This document shows positions 31,995 to 40,825 of a DNA stretch of 64,000 nt, one piece after another. The first letter of the stretch is position 1. Every line of letters starts with the position of its first letter. The stretch is from Phycisphaerae bacterium (GTDB lineage Bacteria; Planctomycetota; Phycisphaerae; SM23-33), in contig JAGXKT010000007.1 of the NCBI GenBank assembly GCA_018335035.1, positions 10,110 to 74,109 of the forward strand, written 5' to 3'. Position numbers and translations under genes: made by a program. The notes beneath the pieces were generated by a model. That model saw nothing but the letters and a program-made list of their open reading frames with translations, did no database searches and had not been told where the DNA came from.

Positions 31995-33569
31995 TTGCCG
32001 AAAAGGATCGTAGTGGCCAAGCTGACCGACTATCTGACCGCCGAGACGCTCGGCGAGCTGCAGGAGGCCTTCACGCGCGTTGCCGCCATGCCGGTTCAGG
32101 TCTGCGATGCGACGGGCCGACCGTTGGCAGCCGACTGCTCGCAGCGGGCCGACGAGTCTGCGTGCATCCAGGCCCCCATCCGCGTCGACGGCGAGGACGT
32201 CGGCCGCGTCATCGCCTGTCCGCCGGCGGACGGCGGCGACGGCGTCAAGCAGTCCAGCGAACAGTTGCTGGCGTTGATGGCGGACGTGATCGGTCGGCTA
32301 TGCGACCGGGAGGGCCAGCTCCGCACGCGCGTCGACCAGTTGGCGACGCTGTATCACGTTACGGCCGAGTTCGCCGGCGCGGGTGACCTTCAGGGCGTTT
32401 TGGACCGCGTGACGGCGTCGGTTGTGGAAGTCCTCGGCGCCAAGTCCTGCGCGATCCGCCTGCTGAACGAGGACCGTACGGAGCTGGTGGTCAAGTCCGT
32501 CGCGAACCTTTCGCCGGAGTATCTGGACAAGGGGCCGATTCTCCTGTCCGAGAGCCGCATCGATCAGGAGGTGCTGACGACGGGCACGCCGGTTTGCATC
32601 GCCGACGAGCGGACGGATCCGCGCGTGCTCTATCCGGCCGAGGCACGTCGCGAGGGCATCGTCAGCGCGTTGTGCGTTCCGCTGACCTACAAGGACGACA
32701 CGCTCGGCGTGATTCGCGTCTACACGGGCACCCCGCACGAGTTCGACTGGTTCGAGGTGTCGTTGCTGGAGGCGATCGCGGCGCAGGCGGCGGCGGCGAT
32801 CGTCAACGCGCGCCTGCACAGCGAGGCGGTCAGCGGTGCGCAGGTGCGCCGGCAATTGCGCATCGCCGGCGAAGTTCAGCGGCGGATGATCCCGGCCGAG
32901 CCGCCGCAGCCGCCGGGGTTCGAGATCGGCGCGGTGTACGTACCGTGCTACGAACTGGGCGGGGACTTCTACGACTTCATCGACCTGCCGCCGGACAACG
33001 TCGGCGTCGCCGTCTGCGACGTCGTGGGCAAGGGCGTGCGCGCCTCGTTGCTGATGGCGTCGCTGCGCGCCTCCCTACGCGCACACGCAAGCAACGTCTA
33101 CTCGATGAGCGAGGTGCTCGGTTGGGTCAATCGCGATCTCTGCGACGACACACTGACCAGCGACTTCGCCACGTTGTTCTACGGCGTGCTGGATTCGAAG
33201 ACGAAACGCTTCACCTACGCCAACGCCGGGCACCTCCCGCCGCTGCTGTATCGCGATGGGCAGTTCTGCCATCTGTCCACCGGCGGCGGCGTGCTGGGTA
33301 TCGACCCGGACGCGCACTGGGGGTACGAGTCGTTCGTACTCCGTAGCGGCGACGTGGTCGTGGCGTACACCGACGGCCTGGTCGAAGCGATGAACTTTCA
33401 GAGCGAATCCTTCGGGCGCGTCCGCGCTGAAGTCGCCGCCCAGGCGGCGATCGAGTCCGGACGCAGCGCCGACGGAATCGTCAAGCACATCTTGTGGGAG
33501 ATGCGCCGCTTCGCCGGGCTGACGGCACGCGGCGACGACCTGACGATCGTCGCATTCCGCGTGTTGTAG
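31995..33569 (+). CDS. Sensor phosphatase: PocR-like N-terminal segment, GAF domain and PP2C/SpoIIE (RsbU-like) domain
   Basis: 524 aa. GAF region (..VLGAKSCAIRLLNEDRTELV..). PP2C motifs GGDFYDF, AVCDVVGKGVRASL, TDGLVEA and DDLTIVAFRV. Start is TTG 31995 or GTG 32013 (AAGGA Shine-Dalgarno sequence). Confidence 0.85.
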   Translation: MPKRIVVAKLTDYLTAETLGELQEAFTRVAAMPVQVCDATGRPLAADCSQRADESACIQAPIRVDGEDVGRVIACPPADGGDGVKQSSEQLLALMADVIGRLCDREGQLRTRVDQLATLYHVTAEFAGAGDLQGVLDRVTASVVEVLGAKSCAIRLLNEDRTELVVKSVANLSPEYLDKGPILLSESRIDQEVLTTGTPVCIADERTDPRVLYPAEARREGIVSALCVPLTYKDDTLGVIRVYTGTPHEFDWFEVSLLEAIAAQAAAAIVNARLHSEAVSGAQVRRQLRIAGEVQRRMIPAEPPQPPGFEIGAVYVPCYELGGDFYDFIDLPPDNVGVAVCDVVGKGVRASLLMASLRASLRAHASNVYSMSEVLGWVNRDLCDDTLTSDFATLFYGVLDSKTKRFTYANAGHLPPLLYRDGQFCHLSTGGGVLGIDPDAHWGYESFVLRSGDVVVAYTDGLVEAMNFQSESFGRVRAEVAAQAAIESGRSADGIVKHILWEMRRFAGLTARGDDLTIVAFRVL

Positions 33570-33604
33570 GACCGGGGGATGCGTCGGTGCGTGATCTCGT
33601 CAGC

Positions 33605-33672
33605 GCGTTGATGCGCCGCGTCGATTGACCGATCGACCCCATCAGCGAGTCAACGAGTTGGCGGATCAACGC
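33605..33672. terminator. Long imperfect inverted repeat between convergent genes, built from GTCAACGA-type units
   Basis: Left arm is gcgttgatgcgccgcgtcgattgac (33605-33629). Right arm is gagtcaacgag..gcggatcaacgc (33647-33672). GCGTTGAT.CGC pairs with GCG.ATCAACGC at 11 of 12 positions. It abuts the lipA stop (33674-33676). Confidence 0.45.
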
Positions 33673-33673
33673 G

Positions 33674-34549
33674 TCAGCGACTCGCGGAGCGATAGACGCT
33701 CTCGGCGTTGTAGCTGCTGCGGACGAAAGGCCCGGCCGCGACGGCGGCAAAGCCCATCGCCTCGGCGCGGGCCTTCAGGGCGTCGAACTCCGCCGGGGGT
33801 ACGTACCGCGCCACCGGCACGTGGGCGTCCGATGGGGCGAGGTACTGCCCGACGGTCAAAATGCCGCAGCCGGCCGCTCGCAGATCGCCCAGCACGGCGT
33901 CCACTTCGGTCATCGTCTCGCCGAGCCCCGCCATCAGCCCGCTCTTGACGGTCGCCCCGGCGCGGGCGGCGACGGCGAGCACGTCGATACTCCGCGCGTA
34001 CTCGGCCTGGGGGCGGACCTGCGGGTAGAGCCGCGGGACGGTCTCGACGTTGTGGTTGAACACGTCCGGCTCGGCGGCCAGCACCGTCGCGATCGCGTCG
34101 CGGTCGCCCTGGAAGTCCGGCACGAGCACTTCCACGGCCGCGTCCGGCAGGCGCTCGCGAACGGCCGCGACGGTTCGGGCGAAGTGAGCGGCGCCGCCGT
34201 CGGGCAGATCGTCGCGCGTCACGGAGGTGATCACCACGTGCCTCAGCCCCATGCGTGCCGCGGCGGTGGCGACGGCGTCCGGCTCGTCGTCCCGCAGGGG
34301 CTCAGGGGCTCCGTCCGAGACGGCGCAGAAGCGACAGCGCCGCGTGCACGAGCGCCCGAGGATCATGAACGTCGCCGTGCCGCGACAGAAGCACTCGTGG
34401 CGGTTGGGGCAGCGGGCCTCGTCACAGACCGTCGCCAGGTTCAAATCGCGCAGCAACGCCGCGACGTCGTCGGCGCGCCGCCCGGCCGTGATCCGCCGCG
34501 TCAACCATGGCGGCAACCGGCGACGTTTCTGTTTGGAAGGCGTGTTCAT
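33674..34549 (-). CDS. lipA: Lipoyl synthase
   Basis: Internal ATG at 34549 gives MNTPSKQKRRRLPPWL. Cluster motifs CDEARCPNRHEC and the radical-SAM CTRRCRFCAV. The track's upstream extension runs through the repeat-rich spacer. Confidence 0.93.
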   Translation of the reverse strand: MNTPSKQKRRRLPPWLTRRITAGRRADDVAALLRDLNLATVCDEARCPNRHECFCRGTATFMILGRSCTRRCRFCAVSDGAPEPLRDDEPDAVATAAARMGLRHVVITSVTRDDLPDGGAAHFARTVAAVRERLPDAAVEVLVPDFQGDRDAIATVLAAEPDVFNHNVETVPRLYPQVRPQAEYARSIDVLAVAARAGATVKSGLMAGLGETMTEVDAVLGDLRAAGCGILTVGQYLAPSDAHVPVARYVPPAEFDALKARAEAMGFAAVAAGPFVRSSYNAESVYRSASR

Positions 34550-34560
34550 GCTCCGTCCCA

Positions 34561-34712
34561 TGTCAACAGCGTTCGACGTGCGACGTTCCATGCTCGACGT
34601 TCGATGTACGACGCGTTGCGCTGACCGTCGAATTCCGACCATCGAACGCTGAGCCGCGACCGTCGAACTCCGAACGTCGACCGTGTTGTTCGCGTGTCGT
34701 ACGCCGTAGGCC
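34561..34712. repeat. Repeat-rich lipB-lipA spacer (CGACGTTC / TCGAAC units, an 18-nt direct repeat and inverted copies)
   Basis: GACCGTCGAATTCCGACC (34623-34640) and GACCGTCGAACTCCGAAC (34658-34675) form a direct repeat. CGACGTTC occurs twice (34581-88, 34595-602), and its complement GAACGTCG occurs at 34672-79. Positions were frame-checked against track ORF 34507..34833. Confidence 0.6.
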
Positions 34713-35366
34713 TCAACTTTGCTCGACCTGCTCGAAGCCGAACACGGCGCACGTGCAGTCTATCACGTCGGGCTTGAGCTGCCCGACACTGACGTCGCGC
34801 CCGCACAGCCGCGAGACGCTCGTCACGTTGTAATCGCGGATGCCGCAGGGGACGATCTGCTCGAAGCCCGACAGATCGCGCGCCGCGTTCAGCGCGAAGC
34901 CGTGATACGTCACCCAGCGTCGCAGCGCGACACCCACGGCCGCGACTTTCTCCTCGCCGACCCACGCGCCGGTCATGCCGTCACGTCGTCGCCCTCTCAG
35001 CCCGTAGCGCCCCAGGACGTCGATGACGACCTGCTCGAGGTCGCGCAGGTAGCGCCGCACGTCGCCGCCGTGGTCCTTGAGGCGCAGGATCAGGTAGCCG
35101 ACGAGTTGCCCCGGCCCGTGCCAGGTCACGTCGCCGCCGCGGGAGGATTCGTGAACCTCCACGCCGCGTCGGGCCAGCTCGTCCGGGCCTGCCAGCAGGT
35201 GTTCGCCCTTCGCCGAGCGTCCCAGCGTGATCGCCGGCGGATCGTGCTCGACTAACAGCAGGTGTGCGCCGCCGTCGGCGCGGACCTGCTCGACAAGCCG
35301 CTCCTGCCGCGTTAACGCTTCGGCGTACCCCATCCGCCCAAGATCATGTAACGTCAGCGTGGGCAT
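34713..35366 (-). CDS. lipB: Lipoyl(octanoyl) transferase
   Basis: MPTLTLHDLGRMGYAEALTRQE.. from ATG 35366 (track start 35429 is also possible). Shows HPPAITLGR, RGGDVTWHGPGQLVGY and the active-site region PCGI. Confidence 0.9.
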   Translation of the reverse strand: MPTLTLHDLGRMGYAEALTRQERLVEQVRADGGAHLLLVEHDPPAITLGRSAKGEHLLAGPDELARRGVEVHESSRGGDVTWHGPGQLVGYLILRLKDHGGDVRRYLRDLEQVVIDVLGRYGLRGRRRDGMTGAWVGEEKVAAVGVALRRWVTYHGFALNAARDLSGFEQIVPCGIRDYNVTSVSRLCGRDVSVGQLKPDVIDCTCAVFGFEQVEQS

Positions 35367-35497
35367 CGGGACGGCATGCAACGCAGGCGCGGCTGAGGCC
35401 GCGGAGATGTTTGCTTTCGAGGGCACCATTGTGGATCAGCCGCGGAGCAGCTCTTTGTGATCAACTCCATTCTCTGCGCTCTTTGCGTTGGAAACAA

Positions 35498-37183
35498 TCA
35501 CGTCGCCGCGCGGAGCAGTTCGTCCTCGGCCGCGCGGGTCCATCGCCCGTCGTCGAGCTTTGCCGCGACGGACGGCAGCGCCGCGCCCAGCGCGCTGAGC
35601 GGCGTGAGGGGCAGGTCGCTCAAGGCGGGGTAGACGATGATCTTGCCCGCCAGCGTACGATTCTCGACGGCGTGGATGCCGTCGATTGCCCCGGCCATGC
35701 CGCTGACAGCATCCACCGACGCGTTTGTGTCCAGCCGCCCGGCGTTGAGCTTGTCCAGCACGATGTGCATGTCGCGAACGACCGACCCGCTCGTGCCGAA
35801 CAGGTACACGCCGCGGGCGACGATCGCGTCGAAGTCCAACTCGTTCGGCTCGGTCGGCGGGATGCCGGCGAAGACGTTGATCCGCGCCCCGTCGGCGGCG
35901 CGGCGGACGGCGTCGGCGACCAGCGCCGGGACCGGCGCCATGATCGCGTAATAGCTGTGCCGCGTCTCATCCGGTGTCGATTGCGGATTGAGCAGTTTCA
36001 ACTCCGCCCCGGCCGCGCGGGCCAGCGGCTCGGCCTTAGCCCCGAGTGACGCCAGGCGGGCGTCGTCCAGGTCCGATGCCGTCACCGACAGGTTCGCCTT
36101 GCCGCTGCACAGGTTGCGCAGCACGTGCATCTGGCCCATGGGCCCGCCGGCACCGACGACGCAGATGCTGTCGTCATCGCGAATCTCGCCGGTCTCGGGG
36201 ATCATCGCGTATGCGGCGGCCGCGTCCTCACCCGTCGTGCCGATCCAGCGTGTCGCGCCGTAGTGCGCCCGCCCGACGTTCAGCGCGACCGGCTCGCCGA
36301 CCGCCCGGCCGCCCGTGACGACATTCAGAAGGCCGCCGTCTGCGAGGCGGGCGTCCAGGCGTTCGATCGTCGCCTTGTCGGCGCCGAAGTAGATGATGTC
36401 GTCAAACGTCGCGTCGCCGAGCGCATCGATGCTGTCAGCGCGTGTCACGCCGACGTCAAGCGCCGTGACCGGATCGAGCTGCGCCGCGTCCGCGACGACG
36501 GCGGTGACCGACGCCTGCCGACCGTCGCATGCCGCCGCGGCAAGCCCGCGCACCTCGCGACCGGCGGCGGCGACGACCAGCAGTGTGCCGCCGGGGGCAA
36601 GCGCTTGCCGTTCGGCCGTGACGTATGAATCCTCCACGCACGCCCACGGCTCAATGAGGCAGATCGCCGAGGCGCTGTGCGCGTCGTCGACGGGAATCAG
36701 CAACGGCTCGCCGCTGTCCGGGTCCACGATCACCCGTTCGTCCATCAGCACGTACTGCTGCAACGCCCCCTCGAAGTTGTACCCGAACGCCGCGTTCGAC
36801 CCGTGCGTACGGAGCCAGCGGTAGTCCGTCTGGATCAGGTACCGCCCGCCGACGGCCGCGCACGTGACGCCCTCGCCGACGGCGACGACGCGGCAGACGG
36901 CCTCGTGCCCGGACACGGTCGGTTGCTCGTCCGGCACGTAGCTGGGAATCGCCGACAGCACGTCGGCGTCCAGCCCGGAGGCCACCGCCCCCTTGCGCCC
37001 GTGGGCCGAGAACTGCTTGAGCAGCTTCAGGTCGGAGAAGCACAACCCCACCGCCTCGATTCGCGCCAGTACCTGTCGCGGGCCCGGGCGACGGACCGGC
37101 TTGTCCGGGGTGAGCGTCAGCTCGCCCGGACCGACCAGTTGCACGGCATGTTGCGATTGGGGGATCGTGGGTTGTTCGGGCAT
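35498..37183 (-). CDS. Atypical 561-aa medium-chain dehydrogenase/reductase (Zn-ADH-like catalytic domain plus two nucleotide-binding-like modules)
   Basis: N-terminal GroES-like domain with GLCFSDLK and GHEAVCRVVAVGEGV. A first, degenerate NAD-like segment (GGTLLVVAAAGREV) is followed by a second clean Rossmann motif, ICVVGAGGPMGQMHV. Confidence 0.6.
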   Translation of the reverse strand: MPEQPTIPQSQHAVQLVGPGELTLTPDKPVRRPGPRQVLARIEAVGLCFSDLKLLKQFSAHGRKGAVASGLDADVLSAIPSYVPDEQPTVSGHEAVCRVVAVGEGVTCAAVGGRYLIQTDYRWLRTHGSNAAFGYNFEGALQQYVLMDERVIVDPDSGEPLLIPVDDAHSASAICLIEPWACVEDSYVTAERQALAPGGTLLVVAAAGREVRGLAAAACDGRQASVTAVVADAAQLDPVTALDVGVTRADSIDALGDATFDDIIYFGADKATIERLDARLADGGLLNVVTGGRAVGEPVALNVGRAHYGATRWIGTTGEDAAAAYAMIPETGEIRDDDSICVVGAGGPMGQMHVLRNLCSGKANLSVTASDLDDARLASLGAKAEPLARAAGAELKLLNPQSTPDETRHSYYAIMAPVPALVADAVRRAADGARINVFAGIPPTEPNELDFDAIVARGVYLFGTSGSVVRDMHIVLDKLNAGRLDTNASVDAVSGMAGAIDGIHAVENRTLAGKIIVYPALSDLPLTPLSALGAALPSVAAKLDDGRWTRAAEDELLRAAT

Positions 37184-37210
37184 GTCGATGTCCTGTAGGG
37201 CGGCATCCGG

Positions 37211-38506
37211 TCAGCCGGGATGGGCCTGAAAATAGCGCTTCGCGATCGCGCGCCCCAGCGAGGCGAATGCGGCGATACGCTGCTGGTCGTTTTCGTAGTC
37301 GGCGTTGAGCCGGCCCGCGTCGTCCACATAGCCCGGCTCGCCGTGAGCGCGGCAGAACTGATGCGCCGCGACGACGCAGGCGCCCTCGTAGAATATCTCG
37401 GCGATCTCCTCGGGCACCGGTGCGCCGCCGGCGCACGTCGGGACCAGCGGCAGCAGCGTCTGCGTGTTGTGCTCGGTGCCGGCCACGACGATCAAGCCCG
37501 CCTCGCGGAACGCGCGGACGTAGCGCGTGAGCACCTCCGGCGCGTTGCGGACGGGGATCAGCTCGGCCGCGTGAATACGCCGCTCGCGCAGGTGCGCAAT
37601 CAGCTCCTGCGGCGTCCGCTCGAAGGGGCACGCCTCGCCCGCCCCGTCGGCGAGCGTGGGATAGCACGGAATGCCGCCGAGGGCGCAGATCAGCTCGTAG
37701 GCCTGCGGGGTTTCCAGGAACGTCTCGGGCGCGAAGGCGGGCTTGCCGGCCTTGAGAAGCTGCGCGCGAAGCTGTCCCTGCACGGTGACCGGATCGTCCG
37801 CATCGCCGGCGGGCAGGCCGGCCGGCAGCAGGGCGCTCAGTGCGGCCGGTCGGTCGCTGGCGGGCACCCGGGCCCACAACGCCTCCTGGAAGGCCTGGGC
37901 CACGTGCCGTTCCTGGAGGACGACGGCGTCGCGCGGGCTCCCGTGCCGCGCCACGATGGTGCCGATGACGGCCTCGGCGTCCAGGCCGGTGACGTAACCG
38001 GCGTCGGCGAAGTGGGCTTCCAGTTTGGCGGTCATCTCGGCCAGGCGCGCCGCGTCGTTGCGGCGGATGATGCCGACCAGTTCGGCGGCCCGGCCGGTCA
38101 GCTCCGGCGCGAAGCCCGTGATGCCCTTGCCGCAGATGTACATCCGTCCCGGGTTGTTCGGGTCGTTGACGCGGATGCCGTCGCCCGCGAGCCGCGGATC
38201 GGTCGAGATGATCTCCAGCGCGAACAGCGGCAGCACGCCGTGGCGCCGGGCGGCGTCGGCGAAGTCCGCATACACGCGGTAGTCGTAGTAGTTGCTGGCC
38301 GCGAGAATCCGCACGCCTTGCTCGGCGGCCAGCTCGACGGCCTGCGTGACGCTGGCAAACGCCGAGAAGTTCGGCGGCAGGTGAATGTGCAGGTTCACGC
38401 CGGGTTGGCGGTCCGGCGCGGCGCCGTCGGCGGCGTCGGCGCGCAGATCGTCCGGCGAGCCGAGTTCGGCGAGCGTGTCGACGGCCTGTTGCAGTGAGGC
38501 GCTCAT
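37211..38506 (-). CDS. PHP-domain-like metal-dependent hydrolase (tentative), unknown substrate
   Basis: 431 aa. VNLHIHLPPNFSAF (HxH) lies near the N-terminus and AGTEHN near the C-terminus. ATGA start/stop overlap with the upstream DUF190 gene. Confidence 0.45.
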   Translation of the reverse strand: MSASLQQAVDTLAELGSPDDLRADAADGAAPDRQPGVNLHIHLPPNFSAFASVTQAVELAAEQGVRILAASNYYDYRVYADFADAARRHGVLPLFALEIISTDPRLAGDGIRVNDPNNPGRMYICGKGITGFAPELTGRAAELVGIIRRNDAARLAEMTAKLEAHFADAGYVTGLDAEAVIGTIVARHGSPRDAVVLQERHVAQAFQEALWARVPASDRPAALSALLPAGLPAGDADDPVTVQGQLRAQLLKAGKPAFAPETFLETPQAYELICALGGIPCYPTLADGAGEACPFERTPQELIAHLRERRIHAAELIPVRNAPEVLTRYVRAFREAGLIVVAGTEHNTQTLLPLVPTCAGGAPVPEEIAEIFYEGACVVAAHQFCRAHGEPGYVDDAGRLNADYENDQQRIAAFASLGRAIAKRYFQAHPG

Positions 38507-38859
38507 GCGCCGGCGTCCTTCCCGGAGACGTTGTGACGGTAGGTGATAATGTCGACGTCTTCCAGTGTGACCAAGCCCTCGACGATCATCTCGTCGAGCC
38601 GGGGCAGGAAGGCCTGGATCCGCTCGGGTTTGTCGACGATCTCCACGACGACGGGCAAGTCTTCCGACAGACGCAGGATTTTGGCGGTGTGGATGCGGCT
38701 GGCGGCGCCGTAGCCCTCCAACCCGTGCAGAACGGTTGCTCCAGCCAGGCCCGCATCGCGCGCCGCGGTGACGATCGCGTGATGCAGCGGCTTGCCGTCG
38801 CGCGTGTCGCTGTCTCCGATGAAGACGCGCAGTAGCTTTCCCTTGCCTTCAATTCGCAT
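38503..38859 (-). CDS. DUF190 (UPF0166) PII-like protein, usual partner of CrcB
   Basis: Internal ATG gives MRIEGKGKLLRVFIGDSDTRDGKPLHHAIV..ATVLHGLEGYG..LPVVVEIVD. Confidence 0.8.
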   Translation of the reverse strand: MRIEGKGKLLRVFIGDSDTRDGKPLHHAIVTAARDAGLAGATVLHGLEGYGAASRIHTAKILRLSEDLPVVVEIVDKPERIQAFLPRLDEMIVEGLVTLEDVDIITYRHNVSGKDAGA

Positions 38860-38866
38860 TGTCGCC

Positions 38867-39247
38867 TTACCCGAGAATTGCTCGCGTCGCGGTCCGACCG
38901 ACGGCAACGGCTGTCAGCCCCAGCACCACGTTCAGAAGCACGTTCGCCAATGCCAAATAGCGGTTGCCCGACCGCAGGAGCTCCAGGGTCTCGTAGCCGA
39001 ACGTCGAAAACGTCGTCATCGCGCCGAGAAAGCCGACGGTCCAGAATACCCGGGCGCGCGGTCCCAGAATTTCGCCCTGCTCGATCAGCACCATCGCCAC
39101 GCCGATCAGAAGGCAGCCCGCGACGTTGATGACCAGCGTCCCCGCCGGAAACGCCTCGCTCCAACGTCGCTGAAGCCAGCCGCCGGCGAGGTACCGCGCC
39201 GTGGCGCCCAAGAAGCCGCCGAACCCGACCATGAGCACTTTCATCAT
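38867..39247 (-). CDS. crcB: Fluoride ion channel CrcB/FluC
   Basis: 126 aa with four TM helices. Shows GGFLGATARY and GAMTTFSTF. Confidence 0.9.
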   Translation of the reverse strand: MMKVLMVGFGGFLGATARYLAGGWLQRRWSEAFPAGTLVINVAGCLLIGVAMVLIEQGEILGPRARVFWTVGFLGAMTTFSTFGYETLELLRSGNRYLALANVLLNVVLGLTAVAVGRTATRAILG

Positions 39248-39250
39248 CGC

Positions 39251-40672
39251 TCAGTCCTCACCGCCGACGGTCGCCGTGAGCGTTTCGCGCGGCGGCGAAT
39301 GCAGCGCGCGGCTGAAGGAGTCCTCCGCCGCTTCCTTCAGGCACTCGCTGATCGTCGGGTGGGCGATGGTCATGTTCGCCAGGTCCTCGGCCGAGGCGCG
39401 GGTGCCGATCAGCGCCGCGGCCGCGTGAATGACCTCCGTCGCGTTGTGCCCGAGCACGTGGACACCGACGAGCCGTCCGTCGTCGCGGGCGCGGAGGACC
39501 TTGCAGAAGCCCTCGTCGTGTGCGACGGCTTTGGCCTTGCCCAGGTTCCGCAGCGGAAACGTGCCGACGGAAATCGCCAGCCCCTGCTGCCGCGCCTCCG
39601 TGGTCGTCAGCCCGACCGAGGCGATTTCGGGGAACGTATATTCCCCCGTAGGGACGGGCTTGTCGTCTAGGCGGTCGCCGCCCAGGGCGTTCTCCGCCGC
39701 GACGATCCCCTGCGCGCTGGCCGCGTGGGCGAGCTGCCACCGCCCGTTCGCGTCGCCGATGCAGTAGACGCCGTCGGCCGAGGTCTCCATGCGGTCGTTG
39801 ACCGGAATCACGCCGCGGTCCGTCTCGATACCGACGGTTTCGAGGCCCAGGTCGGCGGTGTTGGGCTTGCGCCCGACCGCGACAAGGCATTTGTCGGCCT
39901 CGACGGTCTGCCCGTTGGACAGGTCGGCCGCGATGCCGCCGTCGCGGGCGGTCATCCGCTCGACCTTCGTTCCGGTCAGGCAGGTGATGTCGCGCTTGGC
40001 GAAGATGTCGCCCATCGCGTCGCCGAGTTGGTCCTCCAGCACGGGCATCAACCGCGGGAGCATCTCGACGACGGTGACCGCCACGCCGTAGGCGTTCATC
40101 ATGCAGGCGAACTCGCAGCCGATGACTCCGCCGCCGACGATCAGCAGCCGCTGCGGCGGGGCGTCCCAGAACAGCGCCTCCTGGCTGGTGCAGACGAGGT
40201 TCGGATCATCCGGCCAGCCGGGGATGCGGACCGGCACCGAGCCGGTGGCGAGGATGATCTTCCCGGCGGTGATTTCCTGCGTGCCGTCCTCGGTTTCGAC
40301 GGCGACGGTCCCGCCGCCCGCAAGCCGGCCGCGACCTTCGTACAGCGTCACGCCGCGGCTTTTGAAGAGCATGCCCACGCCGCCCCGGAGCGTACGGACG
40401 GTCTTGGTCAGGTGCTTCTGAATCTTCTTCCAGTCGAACCGCGGCTCGCCGTCGACGGTCACGCCGAGTGCGCCGCCGGTGCGAATGGCGTGCAGCAACT
40501 GCGCCGGCGCCAGCAGCGCCTTGGACGGAATGCACCCGACGTTGAGGCACGTGCCGCCGAGGTGGCCCATCTCGACGACGGCGACGTTCGCGCCCTTCTG
40601 CGCCGCGTGCAGCGCGGCGATGTACCCGCCGGGTCCGGAACCGATTACAACGATGTCGTGTTTCTTGCTCAT
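39251..40672 (-). CDS. lpdA: Dihydrolipoyl dehydrogenase (E3)
   Basis: 473 aa. FAD motif VVIGSGPGGY, redox-active GGTCLNVGCIPSK, NAD motif IVGGGVIGCEF and the C-terminal HAHPT-like AHPTISE. Confidence 0.95.
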   Translation of the reverse strand: MSKKHDIVVIGSGPGGYIAALHAAQKGANVAVVEMGHLGGTCLNVGCIPSKALLAPAQLLHAIRTGGALGVTVDGEPRFDWKKIQKHLTKTVRTLRGGVGMLFKSRGVTLYEGRGRLAGGGTVAVETEDGTQEITAGKIILATGSVPVRIPGWPDDPNLVCTSQEALFWDAPPQRLLIVGGGVIGCEFACMMNAYGVAVTVVEMLPRLMPVLEDQLGDAMGDIFAKRDITCLTGTKVERMTARDGGIAADLSNGQTVEADKCLVAVGRKPNTADLGLETVGIETDRGVIPVNDRMETSADGVYCIGDANGRWQLAHAASAQGIVAAENALGGDRLDDKPVPTGEYTFPEIASVGLTTTEARQQGLAISVGTFPLRNLGKAKAVAHDEGFCKVLRARDDGRLVGVHVLGHNATEVIHAAAALIGTRASAEDLANMTIAHPTISECLKEAAEDSFSRALHSPPRETLTATVGGED

Positions 40673-40825
40673 CTAGGCGGCCTCATTTCAACCAAAGAGA
40701 ACACGCAAGGCACCATGATCGGAAGGACAGGGCCTTGGGTCTTCGCAACGTCGTGTTCCTCGTGGTTCGCTATGCTAGTCTCCGCGTGTGCGCCAGCGCA
40801 TCATTCCGAAATCCGCATTCGGCTC

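Noticed and set aside
38860-39330. Fluoride riboswitch upstream of crcB
   Set aside because: Only 3 nt separate the lpdA stop from the crcB start. Reading the lpdA 3' end, I could not find the conserved crcB-motif elements. This should still be verified with a covariance model.
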